A stretch of DNA of 64,000 nucleotides from Vicugna vicugna. Lineage: Eukaryota. This document shows positions 37,451-50,730 of this stretch, in pieces. A model generated the notes under the pieces. The model saw only the letters and a program-made list of their open reading frames with translations. It had not been told where the DNA came from and did not search any database. The position numbers and the translations under genes were made by a program. The stretch is from NCBI GenBank assembly GCA_013265495.1, contig MU058384.1, positions 5,514,792 to 5,578,791 on the forward strand, given 5' to 3'. Every line of letters begins with the position of its first letter. Position 1 is the stretch's first letter.

Positions 37451-40349
37451 CAGGGCTCCCCTCTTTGAGTAATGTTAATTCTATACCTGTAAGCCCTCAC
37501 TCTCTGCATTCAGTCTTTTATTTCTTTGGGTATCTTTTTTTGATGTTATGTTGCTTTTATCAAATATTAGAATTATTTTTAACGTATCTCATCTTCCTTC
37601 TTATCAAAGTAACTCATGTCTTGCCCTGGATTTGATTCAATCCAAGAAGCTCAGAAGTGCACCTTACACAGATAAGGCCTTCAGTAATCTTTTGAATGAA
37701 AGGGTGAATGTGAGTAAATAAGTAAGCAGATTGCACATTCTAAACAGTCCTTTTAAAAAGAGCTTTTTAGAGTTTCACCACTTTGAAAGCTGAGAACTAT
37801 CTGTATTCATATTTAGTGAACAATTATCTCACAAACTATTCATCACAGATCACCTTTACTCAAACTTATCAGTATCTAAAACTGTTGCCTCTTAGGAATT
37901 CCTTTCTGTATGAAGCTATGCTAGGAAAATATTACTAATATTTTTACCATAAAAAAATTCTTCACACTTTCACTTGGCAGATTCCTCAAACACATAAACA
38001 ACTGGTATCTGTAACAATTGTCAATTTCTCCTTTTGCCTAATTCTGCTCTCCATTGTAACAAAGACAGTCATTTCTTCCTGCAAAAGTTGTCTTTTGTGT
38101 CACCTCTCCTACCATTTGGGGATATTAAACCTCAAAGATTCATTCTACACGGCTTTTGTTCACACACTTTGCCTACACTTTCACTTGTATTTTATAGTCA
38201 GAAGAGGAGAGGAGTTGTCAGCGCAGGAACAAGAGGATTCAACTCAGCTCCTCCCTTCTCACCCACACCCACCAGCATCACCCCTCCTCCAGACATGGCC
38301 ATGCACTTGTCTAACTAATTTTTCTCAGTTCCCTTTTCCTGGATCCTCCCAATATTAAAGTTGGCAGCTCTAACAGAAAAAAAGCAACCTCATTTCCATC
38401 TGAGGGGTTGGTGCACTAGACAACTTGGCCTGTGATGTGCGTCTTGCCAGTTGACTCACATCACAGGTCACTCACTGACTCATGATCATTATCATAATCT
38501 AATTTATAGACCATGGAAAATTCTGTACATCTGTACATCTGGTCAGAGAGCCAGAGAGGTGACTAATATGGGTTGTTGCTGCTGCTGTTGGTTTTGTTTT
38601 GTTTGTTTGGGGTTTTTACAAAAAACAAACACTCCATCTCTTTCATTTTGTAATGGAATGTGAGACAGTTGCTGAGAATTTTCACCATCACAATTGAGAG
38701 ATTTCCCATCTGGTAAGAAATTTAGGTCATAATGAAGAAGTGGTTAGTAATATTTGTGCTTTTGTTTTGTTTTTAAGCACTTGGAGATTGTATTGCTCCA
38801 GGGTTTACATGCATTGAATTTTAAGCATAATTGGGAAACAAGTTTAAAATCTCAGGTAAAGATCTGACTTTTCTTTGACCAATAATGCAGTGGAATGAGG
38901 AGGTGGGAACTAGAGGTGGAAAGAGAGAGGAAATACATTTTCCCTGGTACAAAGTAACTTTCTGATTCCATTCAAGTTTCAAAACCATCTGTTATGTTAA
39001 AAGTAGCCTTAGATGTTTCTTAATCACTATGATATTGGACAAACATTATTGTAACAATTCCTTATTTTTTGCTTAAGTAAGAGCAAAACCACATTATCAC
39101 ACAAATTTAACAAATCAACTTCTTTGATTTTCTCTCGGTTAAGTTCTTGGATGACTTTTAGATTGTTATTAGATAAAAAAAAATATTTGTCTGCATCATA
39201 CCATTATTTTCCTTCTCTCCTGGAACCTTCTATTTATTCAGGACAAGATAACTTGAAGTATATACAGGAATTTGAAGCACCATAATAAAAAATATTTCTA
39301 TTGAACACCTCTCCCACCCCACTGGCCAGGTGCCATCCTAGGTGCATTGGAAGATAGAAAGAGCCTGCCTTTTGCAACTATGATTTAGTGTCAGAGGCAC
39401 AACAAATGGATGAAAAAAAATAACTATAGGTGAGAGTGGATGCTCTGCATCCCCGTGACACATCCACTCTTTCATGAGAGCTGACGTAGGCAATGTGAAG
39501 GCTGACACCCCTACCTCATTCTCAGGTCCATTTGTTTGCTGGCTTCAGGAAAGCGCTACTAAGATATCACTGTGATATCTGTGCAACTCTCACAGCCAAG
39601 AGCAGACTCTGATCCAAGATGAAGAAAAAAGGAAGTTTTCTCTTCTCAAGGACTGAATCATTCCATCTTAACACTTCTGCAAGTTTTTCCTGCTAAGGAT
39701 GAAAAATCTGGGCCTGGGGATGGCTGCAGGAAGGAAGCATGATAGTCGTGGTGGAGAGAGTGTTGGAAGGTGAGATGGAATCCAGATTCTTATGCCAGGC
39801 AGAGCCTGGGCCATCCCAGAAGTCAAGGAGAGCCATTAATCTCTGAGCAGGTGAGAAACAGAGTCTACTTCTGAGCTATACCAGGAGACTGGTATCTAGG
39901 GGATGAGCGGGAGGAGCAACTCATTAGCTCTACCTCCATTCAGTTGCATTGTCTTAAATGAGCTATTGTGGCCTGGCCTGGACGCATCTTCACCATTTAC
40001 AACATTGTTTCTATTGAAAACGATTTTTAAAATGTCAAACAGCCTACAGGCAATTGAACTATTGGAAAACAACTTGTTCACAAAATGAGGTTCTCCTGCA
40101 GCATATGGGGCCATGAAGCTTTGAGTTCTAGTTTAAAAAAAAGAAAAAGAAAAGAGAAGAAAGCAACAACATAATCTCTGAAGTGCTGAGAAGAGTTCAC
40201 AAAGCAACATTGTCTTATTCCTGAAGAGATCAAAAGATCAATCAGAAACCTTGCCCTGAAGTCTGTGGCATTTAGATTCATTTCCATCTGTCATCCTCAA
40301 ATGATGAAATTAGCATGGTAGAGCCATTCATTCTGAGAGCTGTTCATCC

Positions 40350-40580
40350 AGCATATATAGATGAAGCCATATGCCAAGCATTATTCTAAGTTCTTAATGC
40401 CTGTTATTTAATTTCGCCTTTACAGCCCTCTTAAGTGAGTATTACCATCTCCCTTTTCAGACGAGGAAACAAGCTCAGAGGGTTAGCTGATTTTACCAGG
40501 GACGCACGGTTAGCTAGTAAGCGGAACTGGAGATGGAACGACCTGTCTGAGCCCAAAGCCAGGGCATTCAACCACTTCCC
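40350..40580 (-). mobile_element. MIR SINE
   Basis: Core CCCTTTTCAGACGAGGAAACAAGCTCAGAGGGTTA...GCTAGTAAGCGG...CTGTCTGAGCCCAAAGCC. Confidence 0.75.
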
Positions 40581-41669
40581 TCTTTGCCTCTGTGGATCAA
40601 TCCACCTTTTAGCCTTTTTACTTGGTCTCCAGCCTTTAAAAACAAATCCCTTCTGACTGAACAATTGGTTCAGGTAACAGGTGCATTTAATCTGTGTTAT
40701 TTGCCCAAACTGTCCCCACCCCTTCCACTCGAATCCTGCTCAAATACTCAAACGTAACAATATTCTCTGCCTGCTTTTCAAGTGTATCATTTTACATGTT
40801 CAAAATCTCACAATACCGCTCGGCAGTAAGTAAATATTAACATCCATCCATTATGGATGGGTCAACTGAGCTAGAAAGAGAATAAATGGCGAGTTCTAGG
40901 ATGTGGCAGAGGAGGGAGGTGTCTCAGCAAAACCAATCGCATTCACTGGACTTGTGAAAGCTCAGGAAGGGGCCTCCCACCCGCCGCGGCAGCCGGAACG
41001 TCAAGGCCTCAGGGCGCTTGCTTGGCTCGTGGAGTCAATTCAACCCTTCTTTTACCGCCAAATCATAAACATAAATCAGCGCCCGCATGAGCCCTCAGCT
41101 TTGTAGTTACTGATGAACAACCTCTTCCTGGAAGTCTTGTGGTGACACACATCAGATTCATGAACACTGTTTTCTAGGTCAGAGCAATACCCCATATCCA
41201 GTGAGTCCCAGTTAAGAAATTCCATCCACTGTAACTCAGGACCACAGTGGGGCCATCTGGGCACGCAGGAAGCTTGCAGAGGGAATGTCTGAGTGAGAGA
41301 CTCAGTACTGGGTACTGGCCTGGGTCCTTCTAATGAGCTGCAGGCTCAAGGCAGCCCTTCTAGCTTGCCTGCATAGGGGCCCCTGGCTCTGAGGAGCTGC
41401 ATCTTAAGGCGCTTCTGCTCTATTACAACATCACACAACCAGTCCGTAAAAGGCAGAAAGAAACAACCAAATTCTGTTGAACCACAGATGCATAAATAGA
41501 AGTGTCCCCAGATGCCTTGCTCTGTCGCATTTTTTACATTCATTTTAAAGAAATTCAGGGTCCTTGTGAAACATTCTCTAGCTGATTCCAAATTGATGAT
41601 TGACTACAGACTCAATTTAAAAATGTAATATATAAGTATGATGTACACAAACATATATATACACAACCA

Positions 41670-41850
41670 CAACATAGCATTTACCGTTTGCCAGACACTG
41701 TCCTAACTGCTGTAAACGTATTACCCGAGTTAAACATCACAACACACACTAGGACATAGGTGATGTCCTCACCCCCGTTTTACACATATGATAACTAAGG
41801 CAGAGATGTGTTGTTGAGGGCAGCTGGGAAGTAGGGACCTGGTTTTAGCC
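41670..41850 (-). mobile_element. MIR SINE
   Basis: TGCCAGACACTGTCCTAA...CACAAC...CCCCGTTTTACA...AACTAAGGC. Confidence 0.6.
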
Positions 41851-44392
41851 TGATTCAATCATCACACTCTGCTGATCGCAGCTATTGTGAAAAAGACTAA
41901 CTCTTTGACAAAATCTCTGTTGCAGTAAAAAAAAATGATCTTCTGATTTCAGCTTTCTTTCCAGTCAAATCAGAGAGTCAAATCGTTCTTAACGATACAA
42001 AAGAACACATGAAATAAAACTGATGCCCAAACAAGGACTGAATGATCACATGAAAAAGCAAAAATACACTTCAGCTGTTTATACTGATAGTAAATTTCCT
42101 TTGATCAATGCCCAGGGGAAAATTGACACCCCAGTGACAATATGCATTTCCTTTAGTTTCATTTTCTCCTTCTGCATATTTCTCTTTCCTCCTCTTTCTA
42201 CTGAAGACTCCACAACTCTCGGGAATTCCAACACCCCCTCCACTCCTCTTGTCCCTTCTTCCCATCCCCATGAAGTTCAAGGGGCTCAGAGAGGAGAAGC
42301 TGTGCTGCAGTCTTCCTTGTGCCCAAAGATTCACTGATGTAAAGCCTTTTTTTTTCTGTGCACAATCTAAGTAAAAGAGACAGAAAGAGGAGAGGCATGA
42401 GTAAGAGAGAAGCTTTTAAAACCCCTTTTAGATTCCCTTCTAGTGACAGATATTATTCCTAGAAGGGTTCAGCTCTCAGCTCCATCCCTTACCAACTCTG
42501 AGTCCTTAATTTCTCTCAAGCCCTGTGTCCGCATTTTCAAGATGAAAAGAGTGATTCCTGGCTCCTCAAGTTGCATTCAGTGAGATAACACATGTGAACG
42601 CTGAACTCATGGTATTTCTAGAGGCACCAACACCTTGAAAGGACTGAACCCTTGCTCAAAGGAGAGGGGCTTTAATCCAAGAGGCAAAGTAAGAATCTGA
42701 GACTGGGTCCTTTCTGCAGAGGATGAGAGAAGACAGTGTTCCCAGCCAGACAAAGTGGAAAAGGGAAAGCGTTCTCCTGCCGAGAAGTCCTGGGCTTGCC
42801 ACGGGCTATGTCCAGGGCAGTCTGGTCTTTGAGTGGAGAATGACCGGCTCTGAGGACATCACGTATTGGCATCCACCCGATTAGGAATCTGCTTTTCCCC
42901 CTGAACTGAAAAGGGCAGCCTAAAATTAGGCCAGATGCCTACATTTAATAAATAAGGAGACTCCACCCCAGACTGACTCATTATCTAATCCAGTTAGTGG
43001 CTGAGCTCAGACCAGCACGGAGGTGGCTGATTCCTCAGGGTCCCAGGACTTCTCTGCTCCACGTCACGGTGCAAGGCCCTGAGAGGTGGAGGTGGGTGTG
43101 AAAATGGGGTCATGGCAAGCTGTCTCCATTTGCTTTCCTCTGCAGCAGCAACTGCTCCAGGCAGCTTGCAATGTGAAGCTAAAGTTTACACAGGTAGCAT
43201 CATAGAAAATGCAGGCCTTAAAAAGACGACAGAGAGCAGGTGACAGCAGGTGCAGGGAAATTAAAGGTACTGGGGAGCCCCTGAACACATAATGATCAGG
43301 TAGGCGTCTGCTTTATCTCTGCGACAGAACATTGTGATAAATTATTAATAAAATGGTTTGTGCAAGTGGTGATGAAAAAGAGACCTGTTTTTGCCTAACA
43401 AACTTAGGCATATGGGAGGTCAGGGGCTTTTACTTTTCAGTCTGCACTTTAGAAATACATTAGAAGCAAATGTGTAAGCGCTGTCCGTGCTTTTCATAAA
43501 TAAAAGGAGGAAAGAACAAGAGTTGGGTCATAGTAAACACCTCTGAGTAAAGCAAGCTTAGAAGAGTGATGTTCTTAATACATACTCTGTATCTATATCC
43601 CCGATGACCTATATCCCCAATCGACTTCAATCCTGAAAGATAAATTTTACATTTTAAGACCAGAAGTAGTTCATTCAGTGGGTCTCTTTATTTTTAGAAT
43701 AATGGGTTTCCGTTCTTAGATTCCCTGACCTAGGCTCTTAGGGACGGACAATATTAGATTTATTCTATTTGGGTTTTTTTTTTAAAGTGTTTTTAATTTT
43801 ATCTCTTTATTTCAAATGTGTTTTATTTAGTCTCTTATTTTTCAATGGCCAAAAAGTGTAAAAATGTTTAATGAAACATTGAATTTCAGATTCTGACTTT
43901 TTAAGAGATAGTAGAAAGATGGAGAAGCTTGGGGTCCCCACCCCTCAAGAGCAATGAATCAACTGCCGGCAAAAGTAGCCACTTCCGCAGGTGGGCAGGT
44001 GCCTTCATGCTGCCCCTGGGCTCCTGCGCCCTTGTGGCCCTACGTCTTCTTCCTACCCACCCTGCCCTACCTCTGAAGATATTTAAATCTTTCCTCTTCC
44101 TTCCAGAAAGAGAGCTTAGTTGGATTGTTTTTCTCAACCCTCCTCTACTTGCTGACCTGAAGCCGTGGCACAAAGGTCACAGGCAGACAGAAGGCATGTT
44201 GCTGAACAACACATTTTTGAACTTCAACTACAGTTACGTTGGCTTTTTTTAAAAGATGCTTGCATCGTGTTTAGCAGTTAAATGTTCAGCCTTGCAAAGG
44301 AAAAGTCATCTGGTGAGATCTGTCTCCTTCAACTCTACATCTTTCCAGTTCTATGTTGTCTCAGAAGAGGAAAATAAAACATACCTTCTGTC

Positions 44393-45000
44393 TGAGACAG
44401 GAAAGAAGGGGGCAGGACACAATCATTAAAAGAATGGCACAGCAATTTGTACCAAGACAGTGGAAACTCCAACTTCCAGTAGACCTTGAGCTTCATTATA
44501 CGCTCATTGTAATACATTAGCATGCAAATGGCACTCCCAAGGCACCATGACAGTTCTGAGATGAACCATAAAAGGTCCAAAGGTAGGCGGTGGCCCAGTT
44601 CCTGGGAATCCCCCTCCTTCCCCAAAATAGCTGGAATTCTCCTCCCACTTGTTAGCAGATGAAATAACTGCGCCCATAAAAACTAACAACGCGGCACCGC
44701 ATGGCCTTTCTCTTGCCTTCTGAGGCGACCCTCACTCTGTCTGCGGAATGTGTATCTGCTTTTACTTTAAACTAAACACCCCCTCCCATGCCTTGTGGCC
44801 TCTCTGGCCTTCTGAGACGGCTTACGCTCTGTCTGTGGAGTGTGCATCTCTCTAAGTAAACCTACTTTCACTCAACTATGGCTTGCTCTTGAATTCTTTC
44901 TTGCGCAAAGCCAAGGACCCTCACGGGATGGGGCGTGTGCCACAGATCTGCCTGGGACCTAGGACAAGGCTGTCCTCTTGCACCCCATTTTCCTGTATCA
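44393..45000 (+). mobile_element. ERV1 solo LTR, MER41-like (608 bp)
   Basis: Terminal inverted repeats TGAGACAGG...CCTGTATCA and a 4-bp TSD TGTC/TATC. TATA-like CATAAAAA at 44675-44682 and AGTAAA at 44855-44860. Blocks such as CATTATACGCTCATTGTAATACATTAGCATGC, CACCATGACAGTT and GAATTCTTTCTTGCGC match my recollection of MER41-family LTRs. Confidence 0.85.
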
Positions 45001-45655
45001 TATCTGAGTGTTAGATTAATTCACAAGCATCCATGAAGTTATTTTGACATGTATGATGTCATAAATTTTGCAAGGAATATTATTTACCCTGGAGACCGTA
45101 AGCCTGCCCATGGGCCACACACAGCACATGAGAGTGTTTTGTAAATAACGATGCACTGACGATGATATTGAGAACAAGTTATACAAAGACTGACCGGCCA
45201 GGGTGGGGGTGACACCTCCCAGCTGAAGGCAACGTGTTCTGTTCCCAGTGTCTAATATACCCCAGAGAAAGCACACGTCCTTCCTTCAGGCTGGTGCTGG
45301 TGAACTAGAGCACGTGCCATGTAGGAAACGTGGGTTTTCTCTGAACAAGTCTGCACCTCCCCCACGACCACCAGCACCTCCTGCCCCAGCATCTCAGAAG
45401 CATAGGATGTGAAGCTGAAATCCGAGACGTGAGACTCCCAGGAGGAGAGATGCACGAATATGGGAAACATCCTGGTTCTCGGGAGAGGGTCCCTTCTTCT
45501 CTTCTGCCCCCTTTTGTCTCATGGAGGCAAATCCACCATGGTTTTGAACCTCAGCTCTAAAGTTTATCACCCATGTTAACACAGCAAAGGTTTCCTACCC
45601 GCTCAGAGCCTGTCGGGTGAGAATGGTGTTTCCTGAGAGGGCCACTATGAAGGTT

Positions 45656-46051
45656 TGTGTTGCACTTTACCACTTACACAGGCCCCTCCAGATTCCTGTG
45701 TTACCCTTTTCTACCTGAGCTGGGCCCCGGGAGGTTGGCCACACGCACCCCATGACGTGCTGGGGGTTGTGAGAGGGAGAATGAGGTACTGACACGCCCA
45801 GCTCCCTCCCTGCCAGGTTGTGATGGGTCAGCCCCTTCTCGCCACTCCTGTCAGGCAGCCTTCTCCAAGGAGCTCCGTGCTGTGGGTTCCAGCACTGGGG
45901 TCCCACTCTTCCCTGTCCCACGGTACTACAGCACCCTTCGTGGTTTCCTGAAACTCTGTCCACACTTTGTAAGTATCTCCTTTGTTAAACTCTCTTCAGA
46001 TGACCCAGTGAGACTGTGGAGTCTCTTTTCCACCGGGACGCTGGATGATAG
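45656..46051 (+). mobile_element. ERVL LTR (LTR33-like)
   Basis: CCCCTCCAGAT...CCCCGGGAGG near the start, then CAGCTCCCTCCCTGCCAGG, ending CACACTTTGTAA...TTAAACTCTCTTCA...GGGAC...TGATA. Confidence 0.65.
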
Positions 46052-46419
46052 TCACGTGAGCACCTGGTTGCAGACTAGAGGCTCTGTGGCTGGTGACGAT
46101 GCTCACTGACCGTGTCATTATGGTCAGCTTCATGCAGTGTTTTTGAGCAGCCCTATTTTCTTGTTTGGAAAATGAAATATCCAGTGAAAATGTGATTTCA
46201 CATCTATGTCTACAGAATGGTTGGGAAGGGAAATGCATAAATGAATTCAGTTAAATACCCACTGTACAGAAATGGCTTTCATTGGGCTGGATCTGACCTC
46301 ATCAACTGAAACAGAATCTGGAAAAATCAGAGGTCCTGGGACCACGAATTAGTCTCACTTCCTGGAGGATGGGTGCAGCCGAACTTCTGGAAGAGGGGAA
46401 TTTATTCTAACAGTAGGCT

Positions 46420-46595
46420 TGGGGTGGTTCTCAAAGTGCAAGTCCCAGGATCATCTGGGAACAAGTCAGAAACACAAATTTCCGGGCCCCACCCCAAACT
46501 TGCAGAACCAGAAAGTCAGAGGCAGAGCCCAGCGATCTGCTGGTTAGCAGGCCCTCCAGGGGATTCGGATGCACGCGGAAGTTTCAGATACACTG
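46420..46595. mobile_element. MER5A-like
   Basis: GTGGTTCTCAAAGTG...AAATTTCCGGGCCCCACCCCA...GCCCTCCAGGGGATTC...CACTG. Confidence 0.7.
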
Positions 46596-47734
46596 GACCT
46601 GAGTAGTTACTAGAAGTAAGCGAAAGCCAACGTGAAGTCCAGGTCGGCAAATGGCTCACCTTGCAGAAAAGACTTCAGGAGCAGATGAATTCATAAACAA
46701 GGAGCTTTGCTTTGGGGGACTCTGTCATCAGTCAGTGGGGATTGGTTCAAAGCAGGACTCCAGTCCCTGAGAACAACTGAGGTACAGTTGAGGTAGCACC
46801 CCCGTATTGCAGGGGCTGAGGGCTAAGTGAGTGAAGAAACGATTCGTCGTGCACCAGAAACGAGAAATGCAGGGCCCTTCTGAGAACGGGAGCCCTTGGC
46901 AGCCTGCTGTCTGAAACAGCCGGAAGCCCAGTCACCAGAACTAAAACTCAAGATCAAGACCAAGAAGCACGTTGAGGGACCCAATGTGTGGGACCTGAGT
47001 GTTTTCCAGGGCTTTGTAAGTCCCTCATGCGTCAGATAGGACTGGCCCTGAGAGCCAGGTTCACTCACTGTTTCTTCTGGCGACAACCGAAAGGTCAGCC
47101 GCGGGGAGGTGGGGTGAACACAACGTCCTGATCTCCAGGTGGGGCCTGACCGCCACCCTCCTCACCAGCCACTTGCTGGCCAACTGGCTTTCTGATTTGG
47201 CTCATCATATTTTTTACTGACTTATGTATGCAGACTTGGGATTTTCAGGCTTCATCCGTGTGTGGAAAGATAATTTATTGAGACACTACTCTGTTTGGTT
47301 TTCTGTGTTTTCTCCTTGCCTTGTCCCCAGGAGTTAGCCAGGCTCCTGGACTGTTCTTGCCTCCGTGGGTGTGGTAGGGCTGAGAGCAGAAGGCAGCATC
47401 TCTGATATCTTGGGAAGATGAAGTTTACTGAAGGGTAAGGAGGGAGGGCAGAGACGATGGGAAGCGGGGACAGTGGGCACTGACTTCATAGACAGCAAGA
47501 AGGGAGGGGAGAAGGTGGCAGAGTGAAGGGACCTTCAGCCCTGCTTCCTGGACAGTGCCAGGCAGGTGTCAGGACCCCTAGGGAAAGGCCCAAGGCACTA
47601 GGTGACCACTACGCCTTCAGGCCTTGGGATTCTCAGCCTCTAAGAGAGACCTGTGTCCTAATATACGGCCAGGAAGCAAAGCTCTGGACATTTTACTCTG
47701 GGACAATAGAAGCCTCAAGAAAACTGTAGGCTTC

Positions 47735-47872
47735 TCACAGGCATAGTAATCACCTGTTGAAAGTAAGAATCTGGGGACCCAGAACTTTTGATTCAGTAGT
47801 AGCTCTGGGGAGGGGCTCCAGTATCCACACTGTACCAGTGCGTCTGATGAAGGACTCCACACGGAAACACTG
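47735..47872. mobile_element. MER5B-like
   Basis: AATCACCTG...CCCAGAACTTTTGATTCAGTAG...GGACTCCAC...GAAACACTG. Confidence 0.5.
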
Positions 47873-48262
47873 GATTAAATAAAGCAGATTCTGCTGCGAT
47901 CTGCTCATACCCGCTGGGGCGTCTTTTCCTTGAAGGAAGCATAATAGAAACTATCTTCCTAAAAACAAGTCACCCTAGTTCTTTGCATCTTTAAGACCCA
48001 GCAACTCGTGTCCCAAGAGCAAAGCTGAGAAAATTTCTTTGGTCCCTCCCAGAACCCATTATTGATCTCTCCACCTTTTATTATGAAAAAATTCATAGCT
48101 GGTGAAAATTAAAGTGGATCCATCCATTTCAGAGTTCATACAAACCATCAGTCAATGGCATAACATCCTGATGAATAAATGTTACTACCTTCTTCATGTT
48201 AGAAATTTTTCCTTAAAGTGAGTTTCCATTGTGTCCTCTTGCAAATGTAACTATTACATGGA

Positions 48263-48626
48263 ACAGTGAAGTAAAGCCAGAAAGAGAAAGAAAAATACCA
48301 TATGATATCACTTATATGTGGAATCTAAAAGATAACACAAACGAACATATTTACAAAACAGAAGCAGACTCACTGACATACAAAACAAACTTATGGTTAC
48401 CAGGGGGGAAAAGGGGAGGGTGGAGGAATAAACTGGAAGTTCCAGACTTGTAGATACTAACTATTGTATATAAAATAGACAAACAGCAAAGACACCTACT
48501 GTAGAGCACAGGGAACTATAGTCAATATCTTGTAGTAGACTATAATGAAAAAGAATATAATATGAAAAGGACCAGAAATTAACACAACATTGTGAATTGA
48601 CTATATTTCAGTAAAAAAAAAAAAAA
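48263..48626 (+). mobile_element. 5'-truncated cetartiodactyl-type L1 3' end
   Basis: AGTGAAGTAAAGCCAG...GATATCACTTATATGTGGAATCTAAAA...ACTTATGGTTACCAGGGG...CACAGGGAACTATA, with a poly(A) run at 48613-48626. Confidence 0.85.
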
Positions 48627-49579
48627 GCCTTTGGAAAGTTTGGCACTTTACTGACAGTAAGCATGGCAGAGTTTGCATATATGAGGACAGGATGTAAATA
48701 GGTATGGTAGAGGAAGGGTCCTTCCTTTTAAGGTGTTAATATTCAGTGTGTTTCCTTCCTATTTTTTTTTCCTTTCCTATGTGTACATATTTCTTATTTA
48801 ACTGGTCTGATACTATAAATGCAGGCACTTGCAGATACTATATGCACAATAGTATATTAATCTTTCATTCACTTAATAATCATGAATAGTTTTATGTCAA
48901 TAAAAATTCTGTGAAAATGTGTTTAAATAATTTTATGATATGAGAAAGAGCATTTTAAGTTCTCTAACTGAGACAATATCCATAAAACACTCATTAGGAA
49001 AATTATTTTATCCACTGAATATCTCTTCCTTGGAATAGGAACCACAAACACGTGCCCACAGAAGTCAGGCAGGTCATGCAAATGTGAGCAGGAGAGCAGC
49101 TGAAAGAAAATCCTTCCACATTCTCTTGAAATGCATGACCTTCTCAATGTATATTTCATTTTCTTACTTTTTATGGAGATGTATCAAAAAATTCATGTTT
49201 CTCAGTTATAAGAAAAACAACAGCACCAGCAAGGTGATAAATGGCAACTGAAAATTGAGCTCCGTAGCAGTTATACAATAGGGAGTGGTGGGGATTATGG
49301 CAAATTTCATACTATATTTTCCCCCCAAAAGCACAGAGGCCATGTGGGAATAGCCAGCATTTCTAGATTATGCAGTATTATCAAGAGTATTGTCAGGAAG
49401 GGTCGGAAAGGTCCATTCTTGTAAAATCTCTTTGCTTTTAAATGCTGGTAACAATTTTTTTTTTAATTAGATGCTGTATTGACTGAATATACGGACCAAC
49501 AGTTTGTAATCTCTTCTGATGTTTGTCAGCACCAAATTTCAGGTCACAGGCTACCAGATCCCCATGCCTAAGGATCTGT

Positions 49580-49693
49580 TAGAGTGACCAACCAGCCTGC
49601 TGTGCTTAAGACATTCTTTGTTTTAGCACTGAAAGTCCCACGTTTCAGGAAATTACCTGAGTCCTGGACAAACTTGGAAGGTTAGTTATCCTA
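49580..49693. mobile_element. MER81 (hAT-Blackjack, 114 bp)
   Basis: TAGAGTGACCAACC...GTTTTAGCACTGAAAGTCCC...GGTTAGTTATCCTA, with imperfect terminal inverted repeats. Confidence 0.8.
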
Positions 49694-50264
49694 AAACAAC
49701 GTTCACCTGGCTCTATTTTTTTTCTTTAATTTTGTCCACACACACATATATACACACATATGCACACAGATTATTTGCTTTTAAATTTATGATGAATGAT
49801 TGGCTTTGGGTTTTGTTTTGTTTTGTTTCATTTCTTTTTTTACACTCTTGGCAGCATTGGTTTCTGATAAACAGACCAGGATGTTGAAAGACTTGGTTTG
49901 GTCACATGTTACATCCCATTTCTCAATCCATTTCATCAGCCACACATGCAAGTCACATTGACTAGCAATTGGCAAAACCAATAGTGAAACTACGGCACAT
50001 CAAGAAACTGACACCAGACACTGATAGCCTTCTCCTAATAAATAACCTATCACAAATTGGGCATTTAAAAAAAAAAAAGGTTACGTGAATTTAACATCTC
50101 TTCCATCTTTTACAGGTTGAGCTGAATTAGGGTACTAATGAGTTTAAAAGGTTGGCTCCACTGACATGGGGCCAATGAAATGGTTGGAATTGCAAGAGAA
50201 TCTGCTCTTCTTCTTATAAAGAGATGCCCTTGTTCAATTGATGGTTCTGCTTCTACCAAACACT

Positions 50265-50730
50265 TGTGAGCAATACTGTGGATACCCTCGTTCTACACCC
50301 ACTCCAGGCCCTTTTAGAATTCCTGAGGCTAAAAGGCTAAAACCACATTTCCCAGGTGTGGTTTGCAGTGCCGTTCTGTGTGTGATTTGGGTGCCTCCAA
50401 TTAGATGCACCCGCACAAGACTTTGATTCCGAACTGAGTCACATCAGGGGAAAGACAGGGTACCAGACACTCATTTTGCAGATGCAGACCTGGGCAGAGG
50501 GGTGTGAGTCTTGATTTGAGAGCTCCCTGATCAATGCAGAGGTGACAGCCACCCTTCATGGCCTGGTTCTATAATGTGGCTTGGGGTCTCATTCCTGGTA
50601 ACTCAGCCTAGATTCACTTCTTCAAGTCTCCCAGCAGTTTGCGAACTAGTGTTGATACTCCTTTGCAAACACCATTCTTCTTGGCTAGTCAGCGATTTTA
50701 TTTTCTGCAATAAAAATACTGATTAATACA
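50265..50730 (+). mobile_element. Ancient ERVL/MaLR-type LTR remnant
   Basis: CCACATTTCCCAG near the 5' end and a typical TGCAA...ACTGATTAATACA 3' terminus. Subfamily uncertain. Confidence 0.4.
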
